From an uncultured bacterium (lineage in GTDB: Bacteria; Patescibacteriota; Minisyncoccia; Phycocordibacterales; UBA9973), in assembly GCA_937903035.1 (NCBI GenBank), contig CALCZP010000004.1, forward strand, positions 84,465 to 148,464: DNA of 64,000 nucleotides, in the 5' to 3' direction. A program made the position numbers and the translations under genes. Below are positions 61,371 through 64,000 of the stretch, in pieces; position 1 is the first letter of the stretch; every line of letters begins with the position of its first letter. The notes below the pieces were generated by a model, which did not search any database, was not told the origin of the DNA, and saw only the letters and a list, made by a program, of their open reading frames with translations.

Positions 61371-62255
61371 CTAGTATAGCATGAGCTCTGCATCAAGAAA
61401 TGCATCAATATCCCCATCATTGAGGACTTTGTCCGTATTACTTGTCTCTACCTCAGTGCGATGATCCTTCACCAGTTTATACGGATGCAAGACATAGGAA
61501 CGGATTTGGTTGCCCCATTCGATATCAGTAGACTTTGAGATAGCCATACCGCGCGCAAGTGCCCGTTCTTCTTCTTCGCGACGTTTATAGAGCTTGGCCT
61601 TTATCATCGATAGTGCCTGCTCTCTGTTTTGCTCTTGTGAGCGCTCGGTCGTCACATGTACTGCGATACCGGTTGGTTTATGTGTCATGCGCACCGCTGT
61701 CTCACGCTTGTTTACATTCTGCCCACCAGGACCACCAGCACGAGCAAACGTAACCTCAAGTTCACTATCAGGAATCTCGATATCGGTATCACTTTTTGAG
61801 AACTCAGGCATGACCTCAACCATGACAAATGACGTCTGACGTTTTGCATTCGCATTAAATGGTGAGATGCGCACGAGTCGATGCACCCCACTTTCATACT
61901 TGAGACGACCATAGACACCTTTCCCGCTGATTTGAAACGTCACGTTTCGATACCCTCCCTGGTCGTTTTTTGATTCACTAATAAAGCTACTACTCCACCC
62001 ACGACGCTCCACATATTTTATATACATACGCAAAAGCATGGCGACAAAATCTTCCGCATCATCCCCTCCTGCACCAGCAAAGATCGTAATAAGGGCATTA
62101 CCCTTGTCGAATTTACCAAGACCTTCGAGACTGTCTTTGAGCTCGGAAAGCTCCTTAATCATCGCCTGCGCCTTGGGTACATCAGACCAAAAATCTCCCC
62201 CACTCATGCGTGTTTCGATTTCGCTAATTCGTGCAGCAATTACATCCTTGTCCAT
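61371..62255 (-). CDS. prfB: peptide chain release factor 2, shortened N-domain
   Basis: [11 protein letters not shown] (SPF), [23 protein letters not shown]. Confidence 0.92.
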   Translation of the reverse strand: MDKDVIAARISEIETRMSGGDFWSDVPKAQAMIKELSELKDSLEGLGKFDKGNALITIFAGAGGDDAEDFVAMLLRMYIKYVERRGWSSSFISESKNDQGGYRNVTFQISGKGVYGRLKYESGVHRLVRISPFNANAKRQTSFVMVEVMPEFSKSDTDIEIPDSELEVTFARAGGPGGQNVNKRETAVRMTHKPTGIAVHVTTERSQEQNREQALSMIKAKLYKRREEEERALARGMAISKSTDIEWGNQIRSYVLHPYKLVKDHRTEVETSNTDKVLNDGDIDAFLDAELMLY

Positions 62256-62319
62256 GACACAGACTGTACCAAGAAATAGGCAAACAAAAAAGCCCGAGTC
62301 ATGCTCGAGCTTTTTTATA

Positions 62320-62850
62320 TTAAAACGTTATTGGAATGCGGTGTGTGATCGGCTTGTCGCTTGTGCCTTGCGGCGAAATAAGTATCAAATAGCCAGTTCC
62401 TTTTTTTGGCTTGCCAGTGACCGCTATGGTTGTAGCAAATGTTGCACGACCATCAGAGAGTCCTGTAGTAGGAACAATCATTTCATTTGGAACAGTCGTA
62501 TATGCAGCCATCGGCTTGCCTGTACTATCTACAAGTTGTGCGTAGAGCGCGATTGAACCCTCAGGTCGCCAATCACAGCCAGTCTTTTCTCCTTTGAGAG
62601 AAACACTTGTCGTGATAGTTGTCGATGGTAGAGGACTCACAATCAAAAGGCCACAATTAGAGTCAGTATTAGAGGACACAAGAGTCGTCGACGGAGATGT
62701 TTTTTGAATAACAGGCGCAGTCGTCACAGGAGCTGTTCCAGACATATTACGACCAAAATGGTTTAGAACGCCAAGTACAAGAATAATAACAACGATAATT
62801 TCAATAGCCTCCCATCCGCCGCCACTTGGTGCTTTTGGTGCATCTGCCAT
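62320..62850 (-). CDS. hypothetical membrane-anchored protein
   Basis: N-terminal TM followed by a Thr-rich beta-type domain. Confidence 0.7.
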   Translation of the reverse strand: MADAPKAPSGGGWEAIEIIVVIILVLGVLNHFGRNMSGTAPVTTAPVIQKTSPSTTLVSSNTDSNCGLLIVSPLPSTTITTSVSLKGEKTGCDWRPEGSIALYAQLVDSTGKPMAAYTTVPNEMIVPTTGLSDGRATFATTIAVTGKPKKGTGYLILISPQGTSDKPITHRIPITF

Positions 62851-62853
62851 GGA

Positions 62854-63885
62854 TTACTTCTTGACCGTATAGCGGCCATCTTCAAGCTTGGTAAAGAATT
62901 TTGCGTTCTGAAGATTCACGAGAATAGTGTTCTTTTTAAGAAAGCGCTCTTTGAGTACACGATCGACGACATCTTCTTTAGTGAGCGGTCCTTCCTTTAC
63001 AAGGATTTCTTTGATGACATCTTTTACCACACCAGCCTTGTAGCCCCATTCAGCAAGTGCGTAGTAGCCACGACCAACGAGTACAAACCGTGAGTCTTTA
63101 ATAAGTTCATTGTGAGTAGTTGCAACATGTGTTTTTCGACCAAACGTATCAACGATTGCTTTTGCGACTTCACGGAAGTGCATTGGTGAACCGTGCTTTT
63201 TCATCATGAGATATGCGTAGTCTTTAATACCACGAGTTTTCACATTTTGTGAGTCAGCAGGACCCCATTCACCAAGTGGATTCTTGGCAATCTTTTTTGA
63301 AATCTTGAGCCAACGACGAGCAATTTCTTCGTTTTTATATTGCTCTGACACATCTTTGAGCTCCTTGATAAAGCGAGTTACTAGATCATCCTCTGAGAGC
63401 AGTTCCTTATCATCAAGATTGCGATACACATCGTGAAGTGCAGTATGTACCACTTCAGCAAGACCAGTATCAGTTGTCCATCGAGCTTCAAAGTGATCGT
63501 CTTCTTTGATCTTGTTAAACGCATCACCGAGTACGAGATAGAACCTCACATGATTTTGAATTGACTTGTCTTTTGAGATTGCAGTGAGAAAGTCGTCTTC
63601 ATGAACCATGGCACCCATAGCTTCAACAAGGGTTTTGAGTTCGCTGAATGTCTTGTGTTCAGCTTTAAAAGTCTCACTCTTACGGATAGCCGCAAGCGCC
63701 GCGTTTTCGATCTGGCGAACACGCTCACGAGTGATATTGTATTTCTTTCCAATTGCCTCAAGTGTCTTGGCGTCGGCATTATCAGCCAATCCATAACGGT
63801 TGACAATAATATCGTATGAACGATCTTGAAGACCTGAAAGCAGGTGTTTGGTGACTTGTTTCGGTTTGAAGCTAATAACTGGCAT
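62854..63885 (-). CDS. sigma-70 region 4-like HTH protein with C-terminal winged-helix (HARE-HTH-like) domains
   Basis: RYGL....TLEAIG....ITRERVRQIE; PMHFREV, HNELIKD.RFVLVGRG.YAL.EWG. Confidence 0.8.
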   Translation of the reverse strand: MPVISFKPKQVTKHLLSGLQDRSYDIIVNRYGLADNADAKTLEAIGKKYNITRERVRQIENAALAAIRKSETFKAEHKTFSELKTLVEAMGAMVHEDDFLTAISKDKSIQNHVRFYLVLGDAFNKIKEDDHFEARWTTDTGLAEVVHTALHDVYRNLDDKELLSEDDLVTRFIKELKDVSEQYKNEEIARRWLKISKKIAKNPLGEWGPADSQNVKTRGIKDYAYLMMKKHGSPMHFREVAKAIVDTFGRKTHVATTHNELIKDSRFVLVGRGYYALAEWGYKAGVVKDVIKEILVKEGPLTKEDVVDRVLKERFLKKNTILVNLQNAKFFTKLEDGRYTVKK

Positions 63886-64000
63886 ATATGTGGTTCAATA
63901 TAAATTTAGTATTACTACACTTTATCATGGATATTAAAAAAGTCAAACCCTCGTCAAGTCTTGACCTAGAACAGTCGATGAACATCCACGACCGTAAGGA

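Noticed and set aside
61371-62255. UGA recoding (genetic code 25)
   Set aside because: An SPF-type RF2 is present and long genes are open under code 11

Overview
Chromosomal window from a small-genome bacterium, most likely Patescibacteria/CPR (Parcubacteria-like). This is inferred from gene content: a VirD4/HerA-like ATPase, a CxxC-x17-CxxC protein, several pilins, a shortened RF2, and -10 boxes directly in front of start codons. An SPF-type RF2 argues for the standard code with UGA as stop. 1-13.5 kb holds a fragmented fusA-tuf-S10-spc ribosomal cluster with inserted genes and internal promoters. 13.6-40.5 kb holds housekeeping and accessory genes. These include two paralogous pilins bracketing a CDP-archaeol-synthase-like gene, and a lower-glycolysis cluster (minimal pyruvate kinase, a D-2-hydroxyacid dehydrogenase::phosphoglycerate mutase fusion, enolase). 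About 40.5-59.6 kb is an AT-richer island ending in a large serine recombinase next to tRNA-Gln(CTG). It carries a CsoR-controlled copper operon, a capsid-less ParB-methylase/terminase module with a structured leader, a c4-like antisense RNA architecture and a DpnII-like R-M locus. Its best novelty candidate is a tightly coupled operon of PD-(D/E)XK nuclease, CHAT (caspase-like) protease, a 984-aa helical protein and a HEPN-motif protein. 59.7-64 kb holds ftsX, ftsE, prfB and a sigma-HTH protein. All calls come from reading motifs by eye; no database searches were run.
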